Of a DNA stretch of 64,000 nucleotides, positions 49,933 to 63,084 are shown in pieces. Source of the stretch: Lampris incognitus (taxonomy: Eukaryota); assembly GCF_029633865.1 (NCBI RefSeq), contig NC_079220.1, positions 16,850,216 through 16,914,215 of the forward strand, given 5' to 3'. The position numbers and the translations under genes were made by a program. The notes beneath the pieces are model-generated. The model was not told the origin of the DNA and ran no database searches. It was given only the letters and a program-made list of their open reading frames with translations. The first letter of the stretch is position 1; each line of letters begins with the position of its first letter.

Positions 49933-51419
49933 GGCCCACCCTAGAGCTCTAAAATATGGTTTACCTAAAAGTCAATTTTACAGATTAATTTGCCATTCTG
50001 ATGAAGACAATAGAGAAGGCCCTGGAGATGAAACAGTGCTTCCTGGAAAGGGTTTATTCTATTCAATGTATAGACGAGGCTTATGATATTGCTCCACCCA
50101 AGCCTTAGTCTGACCTATTGGGGAAAAAGTTTAAAAAAGAAAAACGTTAGAAAAACTCAGTGTCTTGTATTATTATTTACTATCCTCAGGCTCACATTGT
50201 TAAGAACACCATCCATTGGTATATCTTGGCTAGAGTTGGGTCCAATCCAATATCGATTTCGGATGCTGATACTGACGTAACTCACTCATTGCCTATCAGA
50301 CTGACAATACCAAGGCACGGCAGATCCAGATTCCATAGTCTGCTGTTTTTATGAATTATAAATATGTAATGTAATTTTAAGCCCATAGCCAAAGTGGTAT
50401 ATCTAAATTCAGGTAGTATGACGTGTTTTGAGTGTGGGGACATGGGACACAAGTGAAAACCCACAAAAAGTAAACCTGGAGTCTCCTAAACTCCATAGTA
50501 ATTCGGAGAAAGATAAAATGGCCTTCGATGACGTAGTAACTGTATCAGAGGGACCCATGGTTTGTGGAGTTAGTGGCGCTGCTGCAACCTGTCACCAGGA
50601 GGCAGCAGGAGGATGACGATGAAATTGAGTATGATTCTGATTCAGATGGTCCGGTAACAGATTCCCAGCGACCAACAAGTGAACTGTACACTTTGGAGGA
50701 AATCAATATCTTTTTTGGGTGAAACTTGGCAAATCTGTCACAGTAATTATTTCCAGACAACTAAATTTCTCAAAACTGTCACAGCACTGCAAAAGCTTGT
50801 GGGGTTTGATTTATTAGATACAAAAAAAAAAAAGCATTTAAGAAAGCATGTCACCACCTTAAGAAAAAAATCACCTGTTCACAAGAAAGGGAAGGAAACT
50901 AAAAGACGACGAAACTAAAAGATGTTATTATTGGCTGGGCCGCAACAGCGGGGCTAGCCGTACTCATGCTGTTGTCCGTGAGTGAGCAACTGAGAGATGG
51001 AGTTTCACCATTGGTCGACAGCCGAGTTGGAGTTTCCCCGGTGGCTCTTTCAAAATGAGTCGACGTGAACAGTTTTCTATTGCATCGTCAGCAATAGAAC
51101 ACTGCAACCACGTGGTCTGAATGAGGATTTTGAAATTAGGCTTTTGCTATGAATAAATTATGAAAGATTCTATATGTTCTATGTCAGTCATCCCCAGAGA
51201 CTGGATCGCCACCCACAGGGTTGCTGGAGATTTTATTTGGGTCGTCAAATAAAATCTCACACGATGAGTTTTCAAATTTGCAGAATTTCTTTGCAAGTCT
51301 TTTATTCTAGATTTATATCTGCAGTACACCTTTGAGCCACATGAGGGAGCTTGTTGGTATTTCTACAGCTCATGGTTTCTGTATGGTGGCCCTGATCCGT
51401 AGTATGGTGGCCCTGAGGG

Positions 51420-51510
51420 TCAAAACACTACAACATTTCAGAAAACACTACATTTCAGAAAACGCAACGACATTTCAGATTACGGAAAGGGTAGGACCAT
51501 AAACTGTGGG
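51420..51510 (+). repeat. about 90 bp inverted-repeat arm (partner 53470-53560); possible non-autonomous DNA transposon termini
   Basis: atttcagaaaacacaacatttcag...cggaaagggtaggacc vs reverse complement 2 kb downstream. Confidence 0.4.
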
Positions 51511-54384
51511 TAGGACAACACTTCTCGTTTGTGATTGGACAGAACCCAAGCCCCTCAATGACACAAATTTTGAATGTAGTTTGCAAGTATGGAAGAGGAG
51601 ATTGAATTTATACAGGATTATTTTAAGAAAGGACACTCATATGATGTAATTCTGGATATGCTTTCAACATATTGTAACGTGCATGGATAAATGGACTCAC
51701 TAGCCCTTGGCTAACGGGTCGGACTCTTTAGTTGACTGGTTAACGTAGTCGCCCGTGGTGCAGGAGACCTGGGTTCGCGCCCTGGCTGCGGCGGTTCCTG
51801 GACTGCCCCCTGAATTCGCTATAATATCATGGCATTAAAATGTCCCGGTCAACCCTGAAATCACGTTTGAAAGAATTCGTACTGAGGAGATGGGGGGGGG
51901 GGCTACTCTTCAACAGGTGACATCAGAAGGGCCATCTTATCAGAGCTGTGCGGACCTGGACAGCTGTTTGGATACAGCTGTTTTTGATGAGATGAAGGTA
52001 GTAACCCTAGCTCCACTACACATCCCTGATATTATCCTGATATGATCCCCGACGTTCACATACAATGTAAGCATGCATAATGATGAATAAAAATCAATAA
52101 ATACCAATAACTGCTCACTGTAAATAAGCAAGTTTGATCAGCAGTGCAAAAAATACAAGGCAACAAACTGCATTCAAGAAAACAATCGTAATATGTTACA
52201 GCCTGGCTGGTGAGCCTGCAAAATAAAAGGGAGGCTGACACAAGCTTAGGTTTCCAATAAATAGAAGAATTTATTTAATGGTGTGGCAGTGTAAACATGA
52301 CAAGGCAAAAGTGAGTGTGAGTACGGTAAGGGTAGGTCTCCATGTACTGGGCACACCATACCAGGTGTGACTAACTAACAACTCCTCCCTGTTACCACCA
52401 TAGCCTAAAGAATAAGAGAGGGATACTGTGGGGAAATGAAACAATGAAACTGTAAAAACAAAAACAAAACCAATAAATATTACGAGTAAATAACCCTGCT
52501 CTCACAAAAAATGTCAACTGAATAATACACAATGACCATGGCAACCTCTCTCAACATATGCAATGTTCACCACAAATTAATTACGAAAAAGATGGTAATG
52601 AAATGTATTCCGGAAAGAACACATTCTCGGTTTACCTCTTACCTTGTCATATGGTGTGTTTACCTTGTTCACCAGCTGAACGCCCTACCGATATTAAAGA
52701 CCTTGAAAGGGGAAATTTACTGAGAGCGCAGAGTTCACGAGTTCTGTACACGACTGGGCATGTCCTGATCATGAGCTCACGAGTTCCATTTCAAGGCAAC
52801 TCAAAACTACGCTAGCAAGCTAACAAATTAATAACAGGTTAGCCAAATATAGTAACATTAATTTCATTCAAGTGTAACGATATATGGTAGCAGTACAGCA
52901 AACTGCACAGACCTGTTGATAACCAGTACACCGTAATATATAATGTTCCCCAATGGAAATAACTGAATTAAATATGTTATATATAGTGTAGGATTTTCCT
53001 CATAGTTTGTCTAAAACTAGCGAGCTAACTAGCAAGTCCTACTTGTCCATACATTTTATTCATACAATAATTTCATTCAGGTGTATTAACAACCTGTAAT
53101 CATTAACAACCTGTAATCATAAACCTACATTCCTACTTAACGTTAACCTTCATTCCTTGATGTATTAAAAACTGATTTGAACGAAATTCATCAAACATAC
53201 TAGCCCGGTAGCTGACCTAGTTCGGTCATTACGTTAACAATAATTAAGTTAAAATATTGAACAGCTAATGTTTAGCACACATACAAATAACAGTACTTAC
53301 TATACTAATGACAGGTAATACAGTAAATGGAGTGAATTATCAAAAATCTTACCTCCTACCTTATCAACTTATCGCTGAAATGGCTCGATACATAATAGAA
53401 AGCAATGCTGTGAATATCAATGTTTGGAACTATTCATGGTCCCCATAACCTGGGAGTGTTGCCACTCTGTTTTTCAACCGCTCTGGTCCTACCCTTTCCG
53501 TAATCTGAAATGTTGTGTTTTCTGAAATTTTGTGTTTTGTGAAATGTCGTTGTGTTTTGTGAAAAGTCGGTGCCCGACTCTCACTTTAGCAAGTTGTAAG
53601 TAAAATTAATATGCAAAATTGGACGTTTGGTGTAGGCCTAAAAAAATAATATTCAGAATAAGTGAATAGCACATGATGGGCCTAATGGGATTTGACATGG
53701 AGTAGACCTGATGTGGTTAACGAATCGATTGTTGACTGTTTGATAACAACAGCTGCACGTAAACATGAGCCTTTTTGTTCTGATGATAGGCATGAGCATT
53801 TCAAAAAACTTTCAACAAGAAGCATGTTTTTGATGATAGTGAATGTTTGTATTGTTCTGGTAATTGTATGTATAACATTGAACCTAATATGAAAGGCTAG
53901 TATACATTCTGTTTGTTTTCTGATGAGAGGGAAAAAAACGAACCTGTTCACACCGCCTTTCATTTATAAAACGTTTAAAATGTATATATTGTTTTACTGA
54001 TGAGAGGAAATAAAAACAACGAGAGCCTGTTAACTCCACCAATAATGTATTTATTTGGTCTCATTTATAAAGTATTTAACATTTGTATAAGTTTTCAGTA
54101 GCACATATAAAAGTTGTGATTTATCAACGTATATTTCTCTGAAATGGCTGGTTTACCTATTCAAGATAATATAAGGTGATGTGGAAATGGCAGGAAAAAT
54201 GCTCAGGAATTTGTGTTATGCACAAATTCGTTCTTACGATTTATAGATAAGGCCTGTTGTGAATTGTGTCGCGATGGTTTGTCATTTTTAAAAAGTGGGT
54301 CCTCAGAAATAAAGTTTGGGGAAATATTCTGTTATATGACGGCTATAGGCCTGATGTTTACATAACATTTATCTCTATTGTTAT

Positions 54385-54620
54385 TTTGTTGTGAATATTG
54401 TAAATAATGTAAATTCAATATGCTTAGTGTTTCTTGGCCGCCTTTAAACGCTGTCTTTAATTTATAGTCCACTATATCTAGGAGTACGATTCCCTTGGTG
54501 TTTAGTCACACAAATCCAACTGATTGGCACAAGTGTTCTGCATTAAGGCCAAGGCTAATCAAGTGACGTTCTCTCAGCCCTTTATACTGCTGCATTCACT
54601 TGCTATCTGTTCATGCCTTG
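54385..54620 (-). repeat. inverted-repeat arm, partner of 48862-49095
   Basis: see 48862. Confidence 0.6.
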
Positions 54621-54841
54621 AAGGACTCTGACCGAAAGCTCGCAAATAAGACTCTTACACTAATATGAATTTGCAGATTCTCTTTTTATTCAGTTAGATT
54701 TAAAAAAAATTTTTTTTTAGCTCCAGCAACCTAGGCTAAGTCAGTTACTCATGAGCAGTGTATTTTTCTCTATTTATTATTAATGTTAAAATGATGTTAA
54801 ATCAGTGCGTCCTGTTAAAATTGTTGTTATTGTTATTACAG

Positions 54842-55941
54842 GGGCTACCAGGTCCACTATCCTTTTGGAGGCTCCTGAACAGCAGCAGTCCAGTAAACAA
54901 GAGGTGAGGTCTTCTTTAGCGGAGCCAGACTCGACTCTGAGCCAGCTCAATGAGGCACCGGGAAGGGCAGTTTGTCATTCTCATGAACAGGTAATGACTG
55001 TTAAACCGCTTCCAACGGAGAGCGAGACACCATCTGCACAGCTCCCCCTGGACCCCGAAGATAGACAGGAGCAAAATGACCAGCCACAACCGAAGCCTAA
55101 ACCTGAGCCTCAGCAGCAGGCTTTTGGAAATGTCCCATCTTGCTCCTATCAGACCTCTGTAAATACTGTCTCTGCCTCCGACCCTGACATACACACTGAC
55201 CCTCAACAGTGCATGGTTCAAACTCCACCTTTTCCCATAGTTCAAACACAGATAAAAGCAGAACCAGAGGAGTATGAGGTGTTGGCAACTAATGCTGAAA
55301 GTCACACAGACTCTGTATTCTCAGGCTCTTTGCCAAATCCTGGTCCCACACACAACCTCTTGGAGGTTTCTGGTTTTGGAAATGTACTGGATGCAGACAG
55401 AGAGGGGGCTGCCTGTGTAGAACGTGAAGTTCATCAAACCACGAAGAAGAGCACTTCGGATAGATTGCCTTTGAACACTGCTGTTGACAGTGACGTAGTA
55501 GCTGGTCAGAGGTGCGAAGCCAGTCATTCCTGTCCCCGCTGCAAGGAGACATTCGGCCTCGCTTCTAGCCTCCGACTGCACTTGGAGCAGAAGCGTTACG
55601 CCTGCGACTGGTGCTGCAAATCCTTTGCCCAGGTGACTGACCTACGGCGCCACCTGCGCACCCACACTGGGGAGAGACCCCATCGCTGTACCTTCTGCTA
55701 TAAGAGCTTTAGCCAGAGAGGCAATCTGAAGAGACACCTGCGCATCCACACAGGGGAGAGACCGTACAGTTGTCCTTACTGCTATCGGACTTTCAGTGAT
55801 GGGGACACCATGAAGAAGCACAAACGCACTCATTTTGGAGAGAGGCCCTACCGCTGCTTGCATTGCTCAAAGACATACGCTAGTGCCAGTGGATTGCAGG
55901 TTCATATAAAGAAAGATATGTGCTTCGTGTCCAACACGTGA
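54842..55941 (+). CDS. C2H2 zinc-finger protein, large 3' coding exon (acidic/SUMO-motif linker + 5-6 C2H2 fingers), acceptor AG at 54840-54841
   Basis: ORF 54805..55941; fingers [105 protein letters not shown] with TGERPY linkers; no in-frame ATG at a plausible start, polypyrimidine tract + cag acceptor at 54839-54841; motif IKAEPEE. Confidence 0.75.
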
Positions 55942-56379
55942 TGAGCCGATTCAGGACAGGGCAGCAAATTCAAGCAAGGTGGGACAATAGTTGTGTTACA
56001 GAGCAAATATGCGTCACAGCTCCAGCTGTATCCATGTCTCTAAATGTATTTATTTTTTCTATATTTCCTGTGTGTTTTGAATTCAGAGAAAAGGGAACCT
56101 ATAAGACTGTGATGTTCAGCGGCAACATTTGAAACCAGACCTACCCATGTTAAGAGACTGAGGACCGTTAGGTCCATCATAGTCCGGGTATAACATATAC
56201 GCAGGCGTATGTCCACTGTCTCTGCAGATAAAAATGTACAAGGCATAAAAGTGGACCACTGTAGCCATCCGCATATGTGCACCACACAAATTTTCTGTCT
56301 GCACATGTACATAACATTTGGGTTTTTCTTAGAAGTGCATTATGTCACACACCCCCAATATGGCTTACAGTGTCTTGAT

Positions 56380-57200
56380 GCATGGTGAATAATCCAGGTA
56401 AGGTAATCCAAGAAAGTTGAATCAGTTCATCTGGACACATTCATTCATTATCCAAACCGCTTATCCAACTCAGGATTGTGGGGATGCTGGAGCCTATCCC
56501 AGCAGTCATTGGGCGGCAGGCGGGGAGACACCCTGGACAGGCCACCAGTCCATCACTTGGCCGACACACACACACATTCACACCTAGGGACAATTTAGTA
56601 CAGCGATTCACATGACCTACATGTCTTTGGACTGTGGGAGGAAACCGGATCATCCGGAGGAAACCCACGCAAACATGAGGAGAACATGCAAACTCCACAC
56701 AGGACGACCCGGGACGACCTCCAAGGTTGGACTACCCCAGGGCTCGAACCCAGGACCTTCTCGCTGTGAGGCGACTGCGCCAACCACTGCTCCACCGTAC
56801 CGCCATCCGGACACAACGTTGGGGAAATGTTTCACCGTTCATCTAAGGGACTTCGTCAGTCTAAGCTGACTGCAGATATTCCCAGCCTTATAAAGAGCAC
56901 AGTTGCATAACTGCCGAAAACCAGTGCAGTTGCGTCATAACCCAAACCAGTGAACAGTTTCATATGCAGATTACCGTAACCATTAATTAGTGTTAAAATG
57001 AACCCTGTGTACTAGTCACAGAGGATTGGGGAATAGTTGCAATCACAGCATTGTAAGATAGTGACAGATGTACTCTCAGCCCCCCTCCCTCGATTCAGGG
57101 ATGGTCGTTAGTCAGGCTTCATTCTTGAAAAGTGGCCACTGGCCTGTAGATGGGTGTAGACTGTGGAGTCCTGGCCTGATGTGTTAGCTCTCCTGTGTTG
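56380..57200 (+). repeat. copy of the 32385 repeat family, split by SINE insertion
   Basis: repeat resumes after the SINE with duplicated (c/t)ggacaca target. Confidence 0.55.
56446..56804 (-). mobile_element. family-1 SINE with about 10 bp TSD
   Basis: atctggacaca / atccggacaca flank the insert. Confidence 0.8.
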
Positions 57201-57372
57201 GAGAGGTGTAAAAACCAGGTCCAGAAAGTAAAAGTCCAAACCATGTATTTGCTCTATTCATGCACTACACCAGCAGATTCTAGTCAACACCACTCCTCAA
57301 CTAGGTAGGGAAAACTAGCTAATGAAATGAGCTGGTTTAGTAACATGATTGGAGCAAATACAATTTGGACTA

Positions 57373-57876
57373 TTACTTTCTGGACCTGGTTTTTACACCT
57401 CTGCTGTGTTGTGCCATCCTCTTGGCCAGCGTCTGTTTAGTTTCCCCGATGGACAAGTCATGGCAATCCTCCCGGTACTTAATAGCAGACACTATATTGC
57501 TCTGCTTGTGCCGGGGGACCCGGTCCTTGGGGTGGACACATTTCGGGTGCAACGTGTTTTGGGGTTTGAAAGCAACTGAGATGCGGTGCTTGGAAAATAC
57601 GCGTCTCAGCTTTTCTGACGCTCCTGCCACATACGGAATCACCACTGGTTTATGTTTAGACAGCTGTTGTCCTTCTCCTCTTTCCAATTGGCTGGTGCAC
57701 TGTTTGGGTGTCTTCCTGGCTTTGACAAACGCCCAGCTAGGATAACCACACTTAACCAAGGCCGGTTTAATGTGGGATTTTCCCCCTTCCCTGGCCGCTG
57801 TGTCCGTGGAGGCGTTGTCAGGTCCAGTCCTCTGCACATAGTATAAGTGGCCATTTAAACTGTAATTAATGGTCAT
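57373..57876 (-). mobile_element. Penelope-like element (PLE) 3' fragment: GIY-YIG endonuclease domain
   Basis: minus ORF ...KPVVIPYVAGASEKLRRVFSKHRISVAFKPQNTLHPKCVHPKDRVPRHKQSNIVSAIKYREDCHDLSIGETKQTLAKRMAQHSRG = PLE linker (IPYV.G.SE...F.P..TL...L...KD) followed by GIY-YIG (V..I.C.DC...YIGET...L..R..EH). Confidence 0.6.
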
Positions 57877-59559
57877 GGAAATTTGTATATTTGCATATGA
57901 AACCGATCAATGGTTTGGTTGTGACCTAACTGTGCTGGTTTCGGTCATCATGCAACTGTGCTGTTTATGAGGTTGGGGACACCTGCAGTCAGCTGAGACT
58001 CACAGACACTTAGACGAGTGATGAAACGTTTCTTCCACTAAACATTGTGTCCAGATGAACTGATTCAACTTTCTGGGATGGCTTACAAAGATTGTGGGAA
58101 ATGTAGGCTTTAAGTACCTGTGGTATGCTATGAATTTGAAAGGACTGCAGACTGTATCCACAAACGTGTGTTTACACTGTACTTTGTGAGTATGTGAGCA
58201 CCTTTGGGGATACTGTGACAAGTTGCATTTTGTTTTTTTGTCTTCACATTAGAAACATAGTGAGGAATAGAGTTTCTGTATTTGCGCTTAAGCCCATCAA
58301 TAAGTGGCTCCAAACATTCCTTATTCACATCAAGTAGTACTATAAGTTCAAACGAACTAGCTATACTCCTTTTCTTCAGTAGTGAATACTAAATTTGCCA
58401 AGAGGCCATTTTCTTTAGCTCAGCTAAAAAAAATGTAGGCATGCATCGCTAATTCGTGTCATGTATTGGGTGCAGAAAAATGTTGAATGTCAACTAATCC
58501 CTCTAGCTTTTGCAAAACCAACTGTACCATATGACGAAAATGGCATATTTTCACCGAAATTGTCTCTAATGCAAGCACACTTGCCTCTTGATGCCGTGCT
58601 GTGATAGAGTAGTTGTTCTCAATCTGGAGGTCGGGGGGACCCCCCGGTGGGTCCGAAGATGATGTCAGTGAGTCATAAGAGGATTTGTGGGCTAAGCAAA
58701 ACAATATTTCTAATACAGGAACACGGGACCATGTCTCATGTCTTATGTCATGAAATGACGTTGTTTCTTGCTCAAAGCATGAAATTGTGAGAGGGGATTT
58801 TTTTTTTGTTTTTTTGTTTTTGGTGTCACAGTTCACCCTTCCATGCCTGCATGCCTGAGTCAGGAGGCTGCCAGCCAGTTCAGCCAGTTACTGTGTTGAT
58901 GGGGATCATAAGCCTGAAAGGTTGAGAAACACTGCTGGACAACGTTGGTATGGACCATCAGACTAAGCAACAGGTGTGTTGCACATACAGTTTACTTTGT
59001 GCTTTGTACTGTATAAATACCCAAAATCCTTATGGGTAAATATTCACTAAACTGTCTTCAAAAAAGTTATCTTAAAGTAATATATGAAATTATTTATGAC
59101 TCAACCCTTGAATTGAGAAAAAACATGTTTAAGATTTCATTCACTTCTTTAAAAACAGGAGTTTGAAGTCTTACCCTTTTTCCTGGGACCAAAGTGCAAG
59201 TTACTGTTTGAATATAAACTACTATGGTTGTGTGTTTTGTTTTTTGCTCTGATATCCATTAGGTAAAATATTAAATTTAGTGTAATTGTGGGTATCTGGC
59301 ACTCAGCAAATCTTTTCCGGTGTGGCAAGCAGAAATTAATCCATGTGTTGGATATTATTCTGATTAGTCCTGTTTTGTTTACTTTGGTTTGAATTAATAA
59401 AAGCCAAAACAAATCACTTGACTTTTTTTTTTTGCTGACAATTTTGTTTAAATGTGGCTAAATTGGTTGAGTGAATGCAAATTAAAAGTGAAATGTGTTG
59501 AAGGTGAGACGGCATGAGCAAGCTGGCTTCAGGGATGCATCAGCCAGGTGCAATAAACT

Positions 59560-59965
59560 CATTCACTTCTTCAAAGAAGGTTGAATCGGTTCATCTGGAC
59601 ACAGCATTTATTGACAGATACGTTTCATCACCCAACCAAGTGACATCTTCAGTCTAAACTGACTGCAGGTATCCCCACCCTTATAAGCAATACAGTTGCA
59701 TAACGACCAAACCGACCAGCCTCATGCAAATATGGATGTGACCATTAACTAGAGTTACAGTGTGTACTATTAACAGAGGATTAGGGAATATTTGTAATCA
59801 CAACACTGTAAGATGGTGACAGATGTACTCTTAGCGCCCCCCGGTTCAGGTGTGGTCGTTCCCTCTTCACATAGGTGGCCTCTTAGACTCCCTGTTCAAA
59901 CCAGCGTTCCTCCCTATCATGGGTCATCCTCATCCTTGAGAGTGGCCACTGGCCTGTAGATTCTT
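59560..59965 (+). repeat. copy of the 32385/56380 repeat family
   Basis: nucleotide similarity including terminal agtggccactggcctgtagat. Confidence 0.55.
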
Positions 59966-60790
59966 TGTTTTTGTTAGCTGGATTATTGAGTGTGCATAAA
60001 GACACGTCACTCAGTTAAACTCGGATGTGTTTTTTTAAAAGCCTGGATGACGTGAATTCAGATGAATCCCTGACCTCATTTGTTCTGAAAGCTTTATTAT
60101 CCACTTTCTATTATTCCCCATCTGACATTCCAATGCAAAAAAAAAAAAGCATAGTAGGCTCTGCAAGGCTATGAAAACCTCCTTATTAAGGGTTAAGGGT
60201 TACGTGAGCAAAGGAGGCAGGTATCAGGAATCAGGAACATTTATTTGTCATTTCATTTAATGCGCTTGCACACATGAAATGAAACGAAATATGGTTTCCC
60301 CCAGCCCACAGCAGTGCAACACAAACACAAAAACACATCCAAAAACTACAAGAACACACACATATATATACAAACTACAAAAACACATATCCAACTTATA
60401 AAAAAAGCAGTGGTGATGCATTATTTTCCCAATAAGTTCCCAAAAAGTAACTGTATGCTGGAATAAACATCATAAGTTCCTAAAAAGTAACTGTATGCTG
60501 GAATAAACATACACATGGGAGTTAAATTTAATTTGTAGTGATGCTAATTGATAATTAAAACCAGCTTGTTGATATCACACTTCCAAATAGACTGCTTTGC
60601 TCTGTAGAGCTGAAAAAGATCTTACCCCTTGCAAATTTTTTTTTGTAACAGTGAAAATTCAAACATTTTTTAAGACATTTTAAAATAGCTAAATGTTTTG
60701 GGAAGACTGAATTGTAGAAATTGAGAACAGACTTGTTACATTTTATATTGTGTTCAACCAAGGTCTAGAAAAAGCAGTGCAAAGCATATA

Positions 60791-62006
60791 CACTCACCGG
60801 CCACTTTATTAGGCACACCTGTCCAACTGCTCGTTAACGCAAATTTCTAATCAGCCAATCACATGGCAGCAACTCAATGCATTTAGGCACGTAGACATGG
60901 TCAAGACGATCTGCTGCAGTTCAAACCGAGCATCAGAATGGGGAAGAAAGGTGATTTAAGTGACTTTGAACGTGGCATGGTTGTTGGTGCCAGACGGGCT
61001 GGTCTGAGTATTTCAGAAACTGCTGATCTACTGGGATTTTCACGCACAACCATCTCTAGGGTTTACAGAGAATGGTCCGAAAAAGAGAAAATATCCAGTG
61101 AGCGGCAGTTCTGTTGGCGAAAATGCCTTGTTGATGCCAGAGGTCAGAGGAGAATGGCCAGACTGGTTCGAGCTGATAGAAAGGCAACAGTAACTCAAAT
61201 AACCACTCATTTACAACCGAGGTATGCAGAAGAGCATCTCTGAACGCACAACACGTCGAAGCTTGAGGCAGATGGGCTACAGCAGCAGAAGACCACAACG
61301 GGTGCCACTCCTGTCAGCTAAGAACAGGAAACTGAGGTTACAATTCGCACAGGCTCACCAAAATTGGACAATAGAAGATTGGAAAAACGTTGCCTGGTCT
61401 GATGAGTCTCGATTTCTGCTGCGACATTTGGATGGTAGGGTCAGAATTTGGCATCAACACATGAAGGCATGGATCCATCCTGCCTTGTATCAACGGTTCA
61501 GGCTGGTGGTGTAATGGTGTGGGGGATATTTTCTTGGCACACTTTGGGCCCCTTAGTACCAATTGAGCATCGTGTCAACGCCACAGCCTACCTGAGTATT
61601 GTTGCTGACCATGTCCATCCGTTTATGACCACAGTGTTCCCATCTTCTGATGGCTACTTCCAGCAGGATAACGCGCCATGTCATAAAGCTCGAATCATCT
61701 CAGACTGGTTTCTTGAACATGACAATGAGTTCACTGTACTCAAATGGCCTCCACAGTCACCAGATCTCAATCCAATAGAGCACCTTTGGGATGTGGTGGA
61801 CCGGGAGATTCGCATCATGGATGTGCAGCCGACAAATCTGCAGCAACTGCGTGATGCTATCATGTCAATATGGACCAAACACTCTGAGGAATGTTTCCAG
61901 TACCTTGTTGAATCTATGCCACGAAGGATTAAGGCAGTTCTGAAGGCAAAGGGGGTCCAACCCGGTACTAGCAAGGTGTACCTAATAAAGTGGCCAGTGA
62001 GTGTAT
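60791..62006 (+). mobile_element. second copy of the compact Tc1-like element (same family as 38043-39268), transposase with about 2 frameshifts
   Basis: TIRs tacactcaccggccactttattaggcacacc / ggtgtacctaataaagtggccagtgagtgtata; ORFs 60938..61243, 61224..61514, 61448..62050 together span a 346-codon Tc1 transposase. Confidence 0.85.
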
Positions 62007-63084
62007 ATTGTGTGTTTGTCCTTTGTGCAACACGGAGTATTTGTTATTGAAGTGCAGTTTAAGGTCTACTGCACGTTTGCGTTTTCAAAGGCATTTTTCC
62101 ATTATGTAAAGTAGCAGAATCAGTGGTTCGTATGAAATACTAAACAGCTATTTGGTTTTTCAAGGTCATTTCGCTAATTTTCCAAATCAGACAATGATGC
62201 ACTAGGAGCCAGTAGGAAATGTCTGTCATTAGTCTTCTATTTTTTTTCCTGATACAAATACTGACAGGCATAACACTTTTCTCTCCAAATAAAGATTTAT
62301 GCCAATCAACTGAAATTAGTTCTGCGTACGAAAGTTAAGAATACTCTGTTTTCTCTGAATCTGCATGACTGAGTGGAGATCACCTTGGCCCAAATGCAGA
62401 ATAATAACCAATACAAAAAATACTCAGTCATCTCTGCATTAAAAGGTTAAGACATTTTCTGCTATCTTCTCTAAAAAGCATTAAATGTTTTATTCAAAGT
62501 CGAGTTTTTCAGATTAAAGTGGACACAATTATTCCCTTTTTTTAACGTTTCAATGCGAGAGAAAAAAAGCTACACAACAAGGAATTTAATGATGACACAT
62601 GATAAGAGGATCTGGAATTGGCAACCAGTAACACAGTATTCACAAAACAGGGTTATGCCACTATTCATTTCCCTTAACGCCATAGTTGATACACTGAAGG
62701 GTGTGTAAAGGGTCAGAAGGTGTCTTACCTCTATATATCAGGAGATGGCAGTAGACATATGCAGTAACATTGTACTAGCTCGAGTCGCCCATCTTCTGTG
62801 CTGACATTTTAATATGCTTACAGAATTAAGGATCAGGCGCTGCCTTTAATGTTGGATTTGTCTGCGGTGAAAATGAACATGGCAGTGGTTTAGCAGCTGG
62901 ATAAAATCAGGTAACGTGTCTTGAACAAAATTCACTCCGACTGAATTCCACTAAAGAAAAACTCTGACTTAACTTTTAATGATGAGGTGGTTACCAGGCT
63001 GTTTTTGGGCCAGTAAAGTGTTCGGTTTTGAATTACAGTGGGTTTGCTAATGTCAAAGTCTAGGTCAGTGTGGCATCTACTGTA

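Noticed and set aside
57365-57745. Plus-strand ORFs 57349..57579, 57365..57745 and 57652..57846
   Set aside because: Antisense of the Penelope-like GIY-YIG endonuclease ORF; no recognisable domains
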